Shown in pieces: positions 51,357 through 60,271 of a stretch of DNA of 62,092 nt. The notes beneath the pieces are model-generated. The model was not told where the DNA came from and made no database searches. It saw only the letters and a list, made by a program, of their open reading frames with translations. The DNA comes from Zetaproteobacteria bacterium (lineage in GTDB: Bacteria; Pseudomonadota; Zetaproteobacteria; Mariprofundales; J009). The stretch lies in the NCBI GenBank assembly GCA_003696765.1, contig RFFX01000040.1, positions 1-62,092 on the forward strand, in the 5' to 3' direction. Each line of letters opens with the position of its first letter. Positions within the stretch are counted from its first letter, which is position 1. The position numbers were made by a program, and so were the translations under genes.

Positions 51357-54125
51357 ATGGAGATCGACGAGGAGGTTGCCGCCACCCGCTACTGGCGGGA
51401 GCTGGCCCGGCGCGCCGGGCTCGATCGTTCGGCGATGGCCGGCAGGCAGGAGGAGTCGCCGCTGGTCGCCGGTATGGCACCGCCCGCGCCGGCGCCGGCC
51501 GACTCCGTGGCCGAGGCGCAGCGCCATCTGCGGCGCCATTTCGCCTGGGCCATGTGCCACATCATCTGGTGGGAGCTGGCCCTGCACGGGGAGATCGCGC
51601 GCTCCTGGCGGGCGATCAGCGATCTCGCCGATGCGTTGCTGACAGCGGCGCTGACCGCGGCCGAGGCGCTGCTCGCCCCCCGCTTCGGCCGGCCGGAGCA
51701 GGGTCGCTTCGCGCTGATCGCGCTGGGCAAGCTCGGCGGCCGCGAGCTCAACCTCGCCTCCGATATCGATCTGATGATGGTCTGGGACGGCGAGGGAGAG
51801 ACCCGGGGTGGGCGGCGCGTATGCGCCCTGGCCGACTACTACGCGCAGCTGGCACGCATGGTCATCCGGCTGATCGATGAGCAGACCGAGGACGGCGCCA
51901 TCTGGCCGGTGGACATGCGGCTGCGGCCGGGCGGGGCGGCGGCGCCGATCGTGCTCTCGCTCACGGCCACCCTCGACCACTACCACAACTACGGCCAGAC
52001 ATGGGAGCGGGCCATGCTCTCCAAGGCGCGCTTCGTCGCCGGCGACCGGGCGCTGGGCGAGGAGCTGTGCGCAGGCCTTGTTCCATTCATCTATCTGCGC
52101 CATCTCGACTATACGCTGGTCCATGCGCTGGCGGCGATGAAGCGGCGCATCGACCGTCAGGCCGGTGTGGGGGCGCCGGGGCCGGGCTTCGATGTCAAGC
52201 GCGGTCGGGGCGGGATCCGCGAGATCGAGTTCATGGTCCAGTCGCGGCAGCTGCTCTTCGGCGGTCGCCGGCCGGAGATCCGTGCGCGCGGCACGATCGA
52301 GGCGCTGGCCGCGCTCGATCGGGCGGGGCTGATCGCTGCCGGGGAGGCGGAAGGGCTGGCCTGCGCCTACCGCTTCTGGCGCCGGGTGGAGCACGCCGTG
52401 CAGGCGCGTCGCGGCGAGCAGACCCAGCGGCTGCCCGACGACTACCGCCGCTGGCTGGCTCGGGCGCTGGCCATCGACGATCCGCACGACACCGCCTGCC
52501 GCCATGCATCGTGGGTTCACGCCCTCTTCGTCCGTCACATGGAGCAGATGGACGACGATGCGCAGGGGGTCGACTGGCTGGAGCAGCGCCCGCCGCCGCT
52601 GCCCGAAGGGCTCGATGCGGAGGCGGGCGTGCGCATCACCCGGGCGCTCGATGCGATCGCCGGTCAGTTGCGGCGCGGCCTGTTGCCCGAGCGCAGCACC
52701 GACCAGGTGCGCCGTATCCTGCAGCGGGCCATGCCCGCCTGGCTCGACGACGCCAACGGGGTGACGGCGCTCGAATCGTTTGCCGAGCTGCTGCGCGCCA
52801 TCGCAGGCAGAGCCACCTGGATCGACCTGCTCGCCACCCACGAGGGGACGCGCGACTGGCTGATCGGGGTGCTGGCTGCAAGCCGCTACATCGCCGGCGC
52901 GATCGTGCGCAATCCGTCGTGGCTGGAGTGGCCGCTGGCCTGCGAGCAGGGCGACGGCGACATCGACCGGATCCGCCACGCGCTGGCCGCGATCACCCCG
53001 GAGCAGGGCGAGGCGGCGCTGGCCGAGCTTGGGCGGCAGGTCGACCGCGCCCGGCTGCACTGCGCGCTGGCCGTGGATGCCCACAGCGCGGATGCCGATC
53101 GGATCGGCCGCTGGCTGTCCGGTGTCGCCGACGAGGCGGCGCGGGCGGCACTGCGGCTGGCCTGCGCCCGGATGGGGCTGCCCGACGACTTTCCGCTGGT
53201 GCTGCTGGCCATGGGCAAGCACGGCAGCCGGGAGATGGGGCTGGGCTCCGACCTCGACATGGTCTTCGTGCTGGTGGCAGACGGCGAGGAGCGGATGGGG
53301 ATGCTGGAGCAGGCGCAGCGGCTCGGGCGGCGGGTGATCGGCATCCTCACCGCCGCGCCCCCCTTCGGCGCCGGCTACGCCTTCGACGCCCGGCTGCGCC
53401 CCTCCGGCGGCAGCGGTGTGCTGGTCACTACGCTGGCGGGATTCGCCGACTACCAGCGCCACCACGCCGCGGTCTGGGAGCACCAGGCCCTCTGCCGCGC
53501 CCGGGCTCTGGCCCCCAACGGGGAGGCGGCGGCGCGGGTGATGCAGGTGGTGGAGGAGGTGCTGGCCCTGCCGCGCGACCGGCGCCGGCTGGCGGACGAG
53601 GTGGTGGCGATGCGGGCGAAGATGGTGCGCCACCTGGCCAGCCGCGACGATCGGGTGGTCAACCTCAAGCAGGATCCCGGCGGCATGGTCGATATCGAGT
53701 TCCTCGCCCAGTATGCGCGCCTGGCTTTCGGCACCGGCGGCTGTTCGGTCGCCGCAATGCTGGAGGGGGATTCGGCGCGGTTGCCCGATCCGTGGCGGCG
53801 CGAGGCGGCGATGCTGACCGCCGCCCACCGGCGCTACCGGACGGCCGATCTGCTGCTGCGGGTGGAACTCTCCTGTGCGATCACCACACTTGCGTGGGAT
53901 CCGGCGCGGCCCGAGTGGGAGACGCTGCGCCGCCACGGGGTGTTCGACGGGCCGGAGGAGCTGCGGCGGACGATGACGGCGGTGCGGCGGGCGTTCGAGC
54001 TGCTGTTGTCGGAGGCGGGCGGCTCCTCCGGCCGGGAGGAGGGTACCGTGGGTGGATCGCCCGCTGCTGCGCACGAGGCCATGGAGGGTCTCGTCGCGCC
54101 GGAACACCATGCTGCAGACCGCTGA
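51357..54125 (+). CDS. glnE: bifunctional glutamine synthetase adenylyltransferase/adenylyl-removing enzyme
   Basis: Two nucleotidyltransferase halves (GKLGGRELNLASDIDLMMV and GKHGSREMGLGSDLDMVFV). The start is ATG 51357, or TTG 51321. Confidence 0.93.
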   Translation: MEIDEEVAATRYWRELARRAGLDRSAMAGRQEESPLVAGMAPPAPAPADSVAEAQRHLRRHFAWAMCHIIWWELALHGEIARSWRAISDLADALLTAALTAAEALLAPRFGRPEQGRFALIALGKLGGRELNLASDIDLMMVWDGEGETRGGRRVCALADYYAQLARMVIRLIDEQTEDGAIWPVDMRLRPGGAAAPIVLSLTATLDHYHNYGQTWERAMLSKARFVAGDRALGEELCAGLVPFIYLRHLDYTLVHALAAMKRRIDRQAGVGAPGPGFDVKRGRGGIREIEFMVQSRQLLFGGRRPEIRARGTIEALAALDRAGLIAAGEAEGLACAYRFWRRVEHAVQARRGEQTQRLPDDYRRWLARALAIDDPHDTACRHASWVHALFVRHMEQMDDDAQGVDWLEQRPPPLPEGLDAEAGVRITRALDAIAGQLRRGLLPERSTDQVRRILQRAMPAWLDDANGVTALESFAELLRAIAGRATWIDLLATHEGTRDWLIGVLAASRYIAGAIVRNPSWLEWPLACEQGDGDIDRIRHALAAITPEQGEAALAELGRQVDRARLHCALAVDAHSADADRIGRWLSGVADEAARAALRLACARMGLPDDFPLVLLAMGKHGSREMGLGSDLDMVFVLVADGEERMGMLEQAQRLGRRVIGILTAAPPFGAGYAFDARLRPSGGSGVLVTTLAGFADYQRHHAAVWEHQALCRARALAPNGEAAARVMQVVEEVLALPRDRRRLADEVVAMRAKMVRHLASRDDRVVNLKQDPGGMVDIEFLAQYARLAFGTGGCSVAAMLEGDSARLPDPWRREAAMLTAAHRRYRTADLLLRVELSCAITTLAWDPARPEWETLRRHGVFDGPEELRRTMTAVRRAFELLLSEAGGSSGREEGTVGGSPAAAHEAMEGLVAPEHHAADR

Positions 54126-54858
54126 AGGAACCATCGGAGGGAAGCACTTCCGGCCGCTCGACCACGATTTGGCCAGGCTGCGCGACCTGATCCTGGTGAT
54201 GGGCGGCTGGGTGGAGCGGGCGATCCGCGACGCCATCCGCGCCCTGATCGAGTGCGACGAGGAGCTTGCCCGGCTGACCATCGAGCGCGACGGCGAGATC
54301 AACCGCATGGAGATCGAGACCGACACCTTCGCCCGCACCACCATCATCCGCCGCCAGCCGGTGGGCAGCGATCTGCGGGCCATCACCGGGGCGCTCAAGA
54401 TCGTCACCGACCTGGAGCGGATCGGCGACCGCGCGGCGGAGATCTGTCGCCAGAGCCTCGAGATGGAGGTGCGCACGCGCAAGTTCGAGAACTACCTCGA
54501 GGTGATGGCCGACCATGTGCGACGGCAGGTGACCCAGGCGCTCGACGCCTACTCCAGCCGCGACCACCGCCGCGCGCTGACCGTGATCGACCTCGACAAG
54601 CATGTCGATACCCTCTGCCGCAACTACGAGCGCAACATGCTCACCGTGATCATGGAGGATCAGCGGCTGATCACGCCGGCGTTGGCGCTGATGAATGTGG
54701 CGCAGGCGCTGGAGCGCATCTCCGACCACGCCACCAACATCTGCGAGATGGTGATCTACATCCATCTCGGCCACGACATCCGCCATGTCAGCCAGGAGGA
54801 GGCGTTGAAGATGCTCGATCTGAAGGAGGGGGAGTGGAGCCCGCCGACCAGCTGGTAG
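54109..54858 (+). CDS. phoU: phosphate signalling complex protein PhoU
   Basis: ATG 54109 overlaps the glnE end by 17 nt. Two PhoU repeats (DLERIGDRAAEI and ALERISDHATNICE). Confidence 0.85.
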   Translation: MLQTAEGTIGGKHFRPLDHDLARLRDLILVMGGWVERAIRDAIRALIECDEELARLTIERDGEINRMEIETDTFARTTIIRRQPVGSDLRAITGALKIVTDLERIGDRAAEICRQSLEMEVRTRKFENYLEVMADHVRRQVTQALDAYSSRDHRRALTVIDLDKHVDTLCRNYERNMLTVIMEDQRLITPALALMNVAQALERISDHATNICEMVIYIHLGHDIRHVSQEEALKMLDLKEGEWSPPTSW

Positions 54859-54918
54859 GAGGGGTCGGGGGCTGACCGGGCCGGCCGCGGCGGCCCGAGA
54901 TGGGTTCGGTCCGGATGG

Positions 54919-54957
54919 GAGTCGGCCGGAAGGAGAGTCGGCCGGAAGGAGAGAGTC
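54919..54957. repeat. 16-nt tandem repeat (2 perfect units plus a partial unit) between phoU and hemJ
   Basis: GAGTCGGCCGGAAGGA occurs twice, then GAGAGTC, running into the hemJ stop. Confidence 0.85.
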
Positions 54958-55381
54958 AGAAGGGGCGCACCACCACCAACACCACCGCCAGGATCAGCCC
55001 GAGCGTCGGCAGTTCGTTGTAGATGCGGAAGAAGCGCTCGCTGTGGGGCGGTGCGCCCCGGGCGAAGCCGGTCGTCATCCGACCGCAGTGCAGATGGAAG
55101 ACGATCAGCCCCAGCACCACCGCCATCTTGGCGTGGAACCAGCCCGCATCCACCAGCCACGCCCAGTTCATCGACGCCATGGTGGCGCCGCAGATCAGGG
55201 TGATCACCATCGCAGGCCACATGATGAAGCGGTGGAGCCTGCGTTCCATGATGCAGAACTGCTCGTGCAACACCCCTTCGGGGTGGCGGCTGTGGTAGAC
55301 GAAGAGGCGCGGCAGATAGAAGAGGCCGGCGAACCAGGCCACCAGCGCGATGATGTGCAGCGCCTTGATCCAGAGATACAT
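54956..55381 (-). CDS. hemJ: protoporphyrinogen IX oxidase HemJ (UPF0093 family)
   Basis: 141 aa, 4 TM segments. LHIIALVAWFAGLFYLPRLFVYH...FHAKM. Confidence 0.8.
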   Translation of the reverse strand: MYLWIKALHIIALVAWFAGLFYLPRLFVYHSRHPEGVLHEQFCIMERRLHRFIMWPAMVITLICGATMASMNWAWLVDAGWFHAKMAVVLGLIVFHLHCGRMTTGFARGAPPHSERFFRIYNELPTLGLILAVVLVVVRPF

Positions 55382-55384
55382 ATT

Positions 55385-55540
55385 GTTCGACCGCAAAACG
55401 TCCGTCCGTGGACGTTTTGCTTGACGGGGATCGAAGAGCGCGGTCTTCGATCCCCTTACAAATCCGTCGGTTGCATCTGCCACCTCCGGATTTGCGCGGC
55501 CGTCCATGGCCGCGATGCTGGTTTCTTGCGAAGCCAGCAT
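55385..55540 (-). repeat. FDTGH repeat family, full copy
   Basis: Reverse complement of all five modules. H reads AAAACGTCC/GGACGTTTT. Confidence 0.9.
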
Positions 55541-55698
55541 CGATTCGACCGCAAAACGTCCGTCCGTGGACGTTTTGGCTTCACGGGGATCGAAGAGCGC
55601 GGTCTTAGATCCCCTTACAAATCCGTCGGTTGCGTCTGCAACCTCCGGATTCGCGCGGCCGTCCTGGTCGCGATGTCGGCTCCGCAGGCGGCCGTCAT
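55541..55698 (-). repeat. FDTGH repeat family, full copy (head-to-tail with previous)
   Basis: Reverse complement of all five modules, with F degenerate. The F end contains the stop of the CcsA-family gene. Confidence 0.85.
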
Positions 55699-56519
55699 GG
55701 ATGCAGTTCGGCCATGATGAAGCGCGAGCCGAAGTAGGCGAGCAGCATGGTGAGGTAGGTGCCGATCACCAGGTAGCTCGAGGTCTTGTTGCGCCACGAT
55801 CCCCGGCGGTGCGCCAACGCGATGATCAGCAACAGGATCCATGCGAGGAAGGAGAGCAGTACCTTGTGGCTGAGCAGGGCGAAGTGCCCCCATGCCACCC
55901 ACTGCCAGCTCAGGCCGGTGAGGATGCCCGCCCCCAGCAGCCACAGCGCACCGCGTACCTGGGCGAACATGTGCCGTTCGATGTCGGTCAACGGCGGCAT
56001 GGCACGGATGAGCGGATGGATCCGTTTCGCTTTCAGCGCCCGGTCGAGCAGTAGATGCATCACCGCATGGAGCGCCGACAGGGTCGCCACCGCATAGGCG
56101 CTCATCGACAGCGCCAGGTGGCTGGCCTCCAGCCAGGAGTCGGTCTCCAGCCAGCTTCCCCGGTGGCCGGTGGGGAGCAGCGGCGTCAGGATCAGGGCGA
56201 GGCCGGTCACCGGCAGCAGGATCATGCCCAGCCCGTGGATGCCATGGCGCAGCAGCCCGATCAGGTAGATCAACTGCACCAGGAATGAGGCGCTGGCCGC
56301 GGCATCGATCAGGGTGAAACGAATGCCGAGCGGGCTGCTCGGTGCGGCTCCGATCGCCCCGATCAGGGTGAAGAAGAGCGAGATCGAAACACAGGTGGCG
56401 ATCAGCGGCTGCGGCTCTTTGGTCGGCAAGGGACGATCGAGCGCGCGGGCCCAGAGCAGCCATGCGGCGACCAGCGAGACGGCGCCGGCCAGCGGGAAGA
56501 GGATCAGGGTGGCGGACAT
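55695..56519 (-). CDS. cytochrome c assembly (CcsA/YpjD-family) membrane protein
   Basis: 274 aa, polytopic, with a Trp/His-rich C-terminal half (LSWQWVAWGHFALLSHK). The stop lies in repeat module F. Confidence 0.7.
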   Translation of the reverse strand: MSATLILFPLAGAVSLVAAWLLWARALDRPLPTKEPQPLIATCVSISLFFTLIGAIGAAPSSPLGIRFTLIDAAASASFLVQLIYLIGLLRHGIHGLGMILLPVTGLALILTPLLPTGHRGSWLETDSWLEASHLALSMSAYAVATLSALHAVMHLLLDRALKAKRIHPLIRAMPPLTDIERHMFAQVRGALWLLGAGILTGLSWQWVAWGHFALLSHKVLLSFLAWILLLIIALAHRRGSWRNKTSSYLVIGTYLTMLLAYFGSRFIMAELHP

Positions 56520-56557
56520 CGGTCGCGATGATCGCGGATCGCGCAACCGGCATCAAG

Positions 56558-56716
56558 GATGACGGCTTCGCAAGAAGGTGGCATCCGCGGCGTTGGCGTG
56601 CCGCGCAAATCAAGAGCTTGCGAAGCAAGCGATCGATTTGTAGGGCAATCGAAGAGCGCGCTCTTCGATTGCCTTCAAGCAAAACGTCCATGGACGGACG
56701 TTTTGCGATTCGATTG
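56558..56716 (+). repeat. FDTGH repeat family, full copy (antisense to flanking genes)
   Basis: All five modules on the plus strand, between two minus-strand genes. Confidence 0.88.
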
Positions 56717-56762
56717 AGAATACTCCCCTCACAAAAAGAGCATCAGGGATCGTATGGCCGGT

Positions 56763-57695
56763 TCAACGTCCTGCCGACAGCCGGCGCAGTTCGACCACCG
56801 CGCCGAAGAGGGCGAGATCGGCGCGCAGCGTCTGCCGTTCCGCCCGGCGGGGCAGCTCGGCCAGCCGGCGGCAGCCGTCGAGCAGCGCTTCGCCGCGTGC
56901 GAAATCGAGCCTGGAAATCCGCCGGCAGGCGGCCTCGACCGCCAGCTCGACCACCAGTTGCAGTGCCGCCGCGTTCCACTTCCCTCCGCTCAGGCGGCGC
57001 GCCTCGGCGAGGTCACAGCGGGGGAGGTCTTCGAGCAGCCGCTCCCACTGCTGCAACGACCGGCACCACCCCTCATCCCGCAGCAGCGCCACCCGTCCCG
57101 GTCTGCCGCGGGCCAGCCGCAGGGCCAGCGGCAGGGCTGCCTCCGCGATCCCCATGCGCTGCAGCACCTGCCGACACTCCTCTTCGCCGAGGGCGTGGCA
57201 CGGCTGCAGCAGACAGCGGGAACGGATGGTGGCCGGCAACCGGTTCGGTTCGCCACAGACCAGGAGGATCGCCGCCCCCTCCTGCGGCTCTTCCAGCCCC
57301 TTGAGCAGGGCGTTGGCCGCCGACCGGTTCATCGTTTCGGCATCATCGATGATCAGCACCCGTCGGCTGCTCTCATGACCGGTGAGGCTGAGGAAGGCGA
57401 GCGCTTCCCGTACCGCCTCCACCGGAAGGTCGCGCTTGCCCTCCGGGCGCTGCAACAGCCGGAGGTCAGGATGGGTTCCGGCGTGCACCAGTCGACAGCT
57501 GTGGCACGCGCCGCATGGGGGGGCGGCGCCGCGGCAGAGGAAGGCGGAGGCCGCCTCTCGGGCGAGCAACGCCTTGCCGATGCCCGAGGGGCCGTAGAGG
57601 AGCCAGGCGTGGTGGCCTCCTTCCCGCGCACCCAGCCCGTTGCACAGCGTGTCGCGCACCGCCGTGTGGCCGACGATCTCCCACGCTGTCGGCAA
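56763..57695 (-). CDS. holB: DNA polymerase III subunit delta prime
   Basis: LLYGPSGIGK, Zn-module CGACHSCRLVHAGTHPDL, and IIDDAETMN. Confidence 0.85.
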   Translation of the reverse strand: MPTAWEIVGHTAVRDTLCNGLGAREGGHHAWLLYGPSGIGKALLAREAASAFLCRGAAPPCGACHSCRLVHAGTHPDLRLLQRPEGKRDLPVEAVREALAFLSLTGHESSRRVLIIDDAETMNRSAANALLKGLEEPQEGAAILLVCGEPNRLPATIRSRCLLQPCHALGEEECRQVLQRMGIAEAALPLALRLARGRPGRVALLRDEGWCRSLQQWERLLEDLPRCDLAEARRLSGGKWNAAALQLVVELAVEAACRRISRLDFARGEALLDGCRRLAELPRRAERQTLRADLALFGAVVELRRLSAGR

Positions 57696-57698
57696 GGG

Positions 57699-58448
57699 CT
57701 AGTCTCCTGCGATCAGCGGCCGGAGCAGCCGCTCCACCCGTGCCGCCACTTCGTCGATGGTGCCCCCGGCATCGACGCGGCGGATCCGTTCGGGATGGCG
57801 TCGGTGCAGCTCGGCGAACGCACGATGGACCGCCCGGTGGAAGGCGAGCGCCTCCCGGTCGATCCTCCCCTCCCGGTCGATCCTCCCTTCTCCGGCGGCG
57901 CCGCGAGCGGCGATGCGCGCCATCGCCTCTTCCGGCGCCAGGTCGAACCAGAGCGTGCAGCCGGGGGAGATCCCCTGCTCGGCATAGCGCACCAGTGCGG
58001 CGGCCTCCTCGATCCGGCCCAGGCGCCGGGCGGCCAGCTGGTAGGCGAGGGTGGAGTCGCTGTAGCGGTCGCACAGCACCCAGGCGCCCCGCTCGAGCGC
58101 CGGCGCGATGACGGTGGCGACATGCTCGGCCCGGTCGGCGAGGAAGAGCAGCAGCTCACAGGGGGGGGTGGGGTGGAAGGCGTCGTCCAGCAGCAGCCGG
58201 CGGATCTCCCGCCCGACGGGGGATCCGCCCGGTTCGCGGGTGGTGCATACCGGAAGGTCATGGGCGCGCAGCAGCGCCGCCGCCCGGGCCATCTGGGTGC
58301 TCTTGCCGCATCCGTCGCCCCCCTCGAATGTGATGAAGCGGGGATGGCCGCCGCTCAGCAGGATGGCTCCGTGGGCGGGGGGGCGGCTGCCGTCACAGCA
58401 GCTCCAGCAGGCATTCGTCCGGGTTGACGTTGTCGCCCACGGCGACAT
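57699..58448 (-). CDS. tmk: dTMP (thymidylate) kinase
   Basis: P-loop FEGGDGCGKST and CDRYSDST. The start is uncertain: either ATG 58448 (56-nt overlap with pycB) or CTG 58361 (5 nt after GGAG). Confidence 0.85.
   Translation of the reverse strand: MSPWATTSTRTNACWSCCDGSRPPAHGAILLSGGHPRFITFEGGDGCGKSTQMARAAALLRAHDLPVCTTREPGGSPVGREIRRLLLDDAFHPTPPCELLLFLADRAEHVATVIAPALERGAWVLCDRYSDSTLAYQLAARRLGRIEEAAALVRYAEQGISPGCTLWFDLAPEEAMARIAARGAAGEGRIDREGRIDREALAFHRAVHRAFAELHRRHPERIRRVDAGGTIDEVAARVERLLRPLIAGD
57853..57888. repeat. 18-nt in-frame tandem duplication inside tmk
   Basis: TCCCGGTCGATCCTCCCC / TCCCGGTCGATCCTCCCT. It encodes GRIDRE twice. Confidence 0.85.
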
Positions 58449-60249
58449 GGATGGCGCCCACCGTGCCGGCGACCGGGGCATGGACCGGGTTCTCCATCTT
58501 CATCGCCTCCACCACCAAGACCACATCGCCGGCGGCGACCGTGTCGCCCTCGGAGACGTGGATGGCGGTGATGCGGCCGGGCATCGGCGAGGTGACGTGG
58601 TTGTCGGAGGTCGCCTTGGGCCGCCTCGACCCCTTGCCGGCGTGGGCGGTGTCGAGATGGCCGTCGCGCATCGGTACCACCTCGGTCAGCGTCTCGACCA
58701 TCACCTCTTCCAGCATGTTGTCCACCCGGACGTAGAAGGGGCGCACCGTTCCGCCGGCGTGGCCGGTGCCTTCGATCTTGATGTGGTACTCCTCGCCATG
58801 GATGGTGATGTTGAACTCGGTCGGCGCCAGCCGTTCGCCGCCCGGAACCGGAGCGGCGGGCTCCTCCTGCGGTGCGTCGAGGGGTTCCGGCTGCAGGGTG
58901 CCGGCGGCCCGCGCCTCGAAGAACTCGAGGGCGACGGCGGGGAAGAGGGCGTAGGTCAGGGTGTCCTCGATCGAGGTGGCCTTGTCGCCGATCTCGCGGG
59001 TCAGGGTGTCGAGCTCCGGCTGGAGCAGATCGGCCGGGCGCACGTTGATCGGCTCCTCGTCGCCCAGCGCCAGCCGCCGTACACGCTCGTCGATCTCACC
59101 GGGGGCGCGGCCGTACATCCCCTTGAGGTAGGCCTTGGTCTCGTTGGTGATGATCGAGTACTGCTTGCCGGAGAGGACGTTGAGCACCGCCTGGGTGCCG
59201 ACGATCTGGCTGGTGGGGGTGACCAGGGGGGGATAGCCGAAGTCCTTGCGTACGCGGGGGACCTCGTCGAGCACCGCGTCCATCTTGTCGAGCGCGTCCT
59301 GCTCGCGCAGCTGATTGGCCAGGTTGGAGATCATGCCTCCGGGTATCTGGTTGATGAAGACCCGGGTGTCGACCCCGGTGAAGTCCGATTCGAATCGTGC
59401 GTATTTCTTGCGCACCTCACGGAAGTAGGCGGCGATCGACTGCAGCCGCTCCAGATCGAGGCCGGTGTCGTATTCGCCGCCGGCGAAGGCGGCGACCATC
59501 GCCTCGGTCGGTGGATGGGAGGTCCCTCCGGCCAGCGGCGAGATGGCGGTGTCGATGATGTCGCAGCCGGCGTGGACCGCCTCCCACTGCACCATCTCGG
59601 CGAGGCCGGCGGTTGCGTGGACGTGAAGGTGGAGCGGCACCGAGACCGCCTGTTTGAGGGCGCGGATCAGGCGGCGGGCGGCCTCCGGGGTGAGCAGCCC
59701 GGCCATGTCCTTGATGGCGATGGTGTCGCAGCCGAGCTCCTCCAGTCGCCGTCCCATCTCGACGAACCGCTCCAGCGTGTGGACCGGGCTGGTGGTGTAG
59801 CAGATCGCCCCTTCGGCATGCTTGCCGTTGGCCTTCACCTGCTCGATCGCCACCCGCACGTTGCGCAGGTCGTTCATGGCGTCGAAGATGCGGAAGACGT
59901 CGACCCCGTTGGCCGCCGACATGTCGACGAACTTGCGCACCACGTCGTCGGCGTAGTGGCGGTAGCCGAGCAGGTTCTGACCGCGCAGCAGCATCTGCAG
60001 CGGGGTGTTGGGCATCGCCTTCTTCAGTTCGCGCAGCCGAACCCACGGCCCCTCCTTGAGGTAGCGCAGGCAGGTGTCGAAGGTGGCGCCGCCCCACGCC
60101 TCGATCGACCAGTAGCCGACCGCGTCGAGTTCGGCGCAGATCGGCAGCATGTCTTCCAGCCGCATGCGGGTGGCGAGCAGCGACTGGTGGCCGTCGCGCA
60201 GGGCCAGTTCGGTGATGGCGAGTCGTCTGGTCGTGGTGGGCATGAGCAC
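58393..60249 (-). CDS. pycB: pyruvate carboxylase subunit B / oxaloacetate decarboxylase alpha-type carboxyltransferase with biotinyl domain
   Basis: 618 aa. LRDGHQSL TIM-barrel start and C-terminal EAMKMEN biotin site. Confidence 0.9.
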   Translation of the reverse strand: MLMPTTTRRLAITELALRDGHQSLLATRMRLEDMLPICAELDAVGYWSIEAWGGATFDTCLRYLKEGPWVRLRELKKAMPNTPLQMLLRGQNLLGYRHYADDVVRKFVDMSAANGVDVFRIFDAMNDLRNVRVAIEQVKANGKHAEGAICYTTSPVHTLERFVEMGRRLEELGCDTIAIKDMAGLLTPEAARRLIRALKQAVSVPLHLHVHATAGLAEMVQWEAVHAGCDIIDTAISPLAGGTSHPPTEAMVAAFAGGEYDTGLDLERLQSIAAYFREVRKKYARFESDFTGVDTRVFINQIPGGMISNLANQLREQDALDKMDAVLDEVPRVRKDFGYPPLVTPTSQIVGTQAVLNVLSGKQYSIITNETKAYLKGMYGRAPGEIDERVRRLALGDEEPINVRPADLLQPELDTLTREIGDKATSIEDTLTYALFPAVALEFFEARAAGTLQPEPLDAPQEEPAAPVPGGERLAPTEFNITIHGEEYHIKIEGTGHAGGTVRPFYVRVDNMLEEVMVETLTEVVPMRDGHLDTAHAGKGSRRPKATSDNHVTSPMPGRITAIHVSEGDTVAAGDVVLVVEAMKMENPVHAPVAGTVGAIHVAVGDNVNPDECLLELL

Positions 60250-60271
60250 TCCTCCGGCCGTGTGGCTGGGG

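Noticed and set aside
51264-54482. 5' extension of the cysS ORF to 1529 aa
   Set aside because: Only the last 456 aa (from ATG 51263) match CysS. The extension is antisense to glnE and has no recognisable features.
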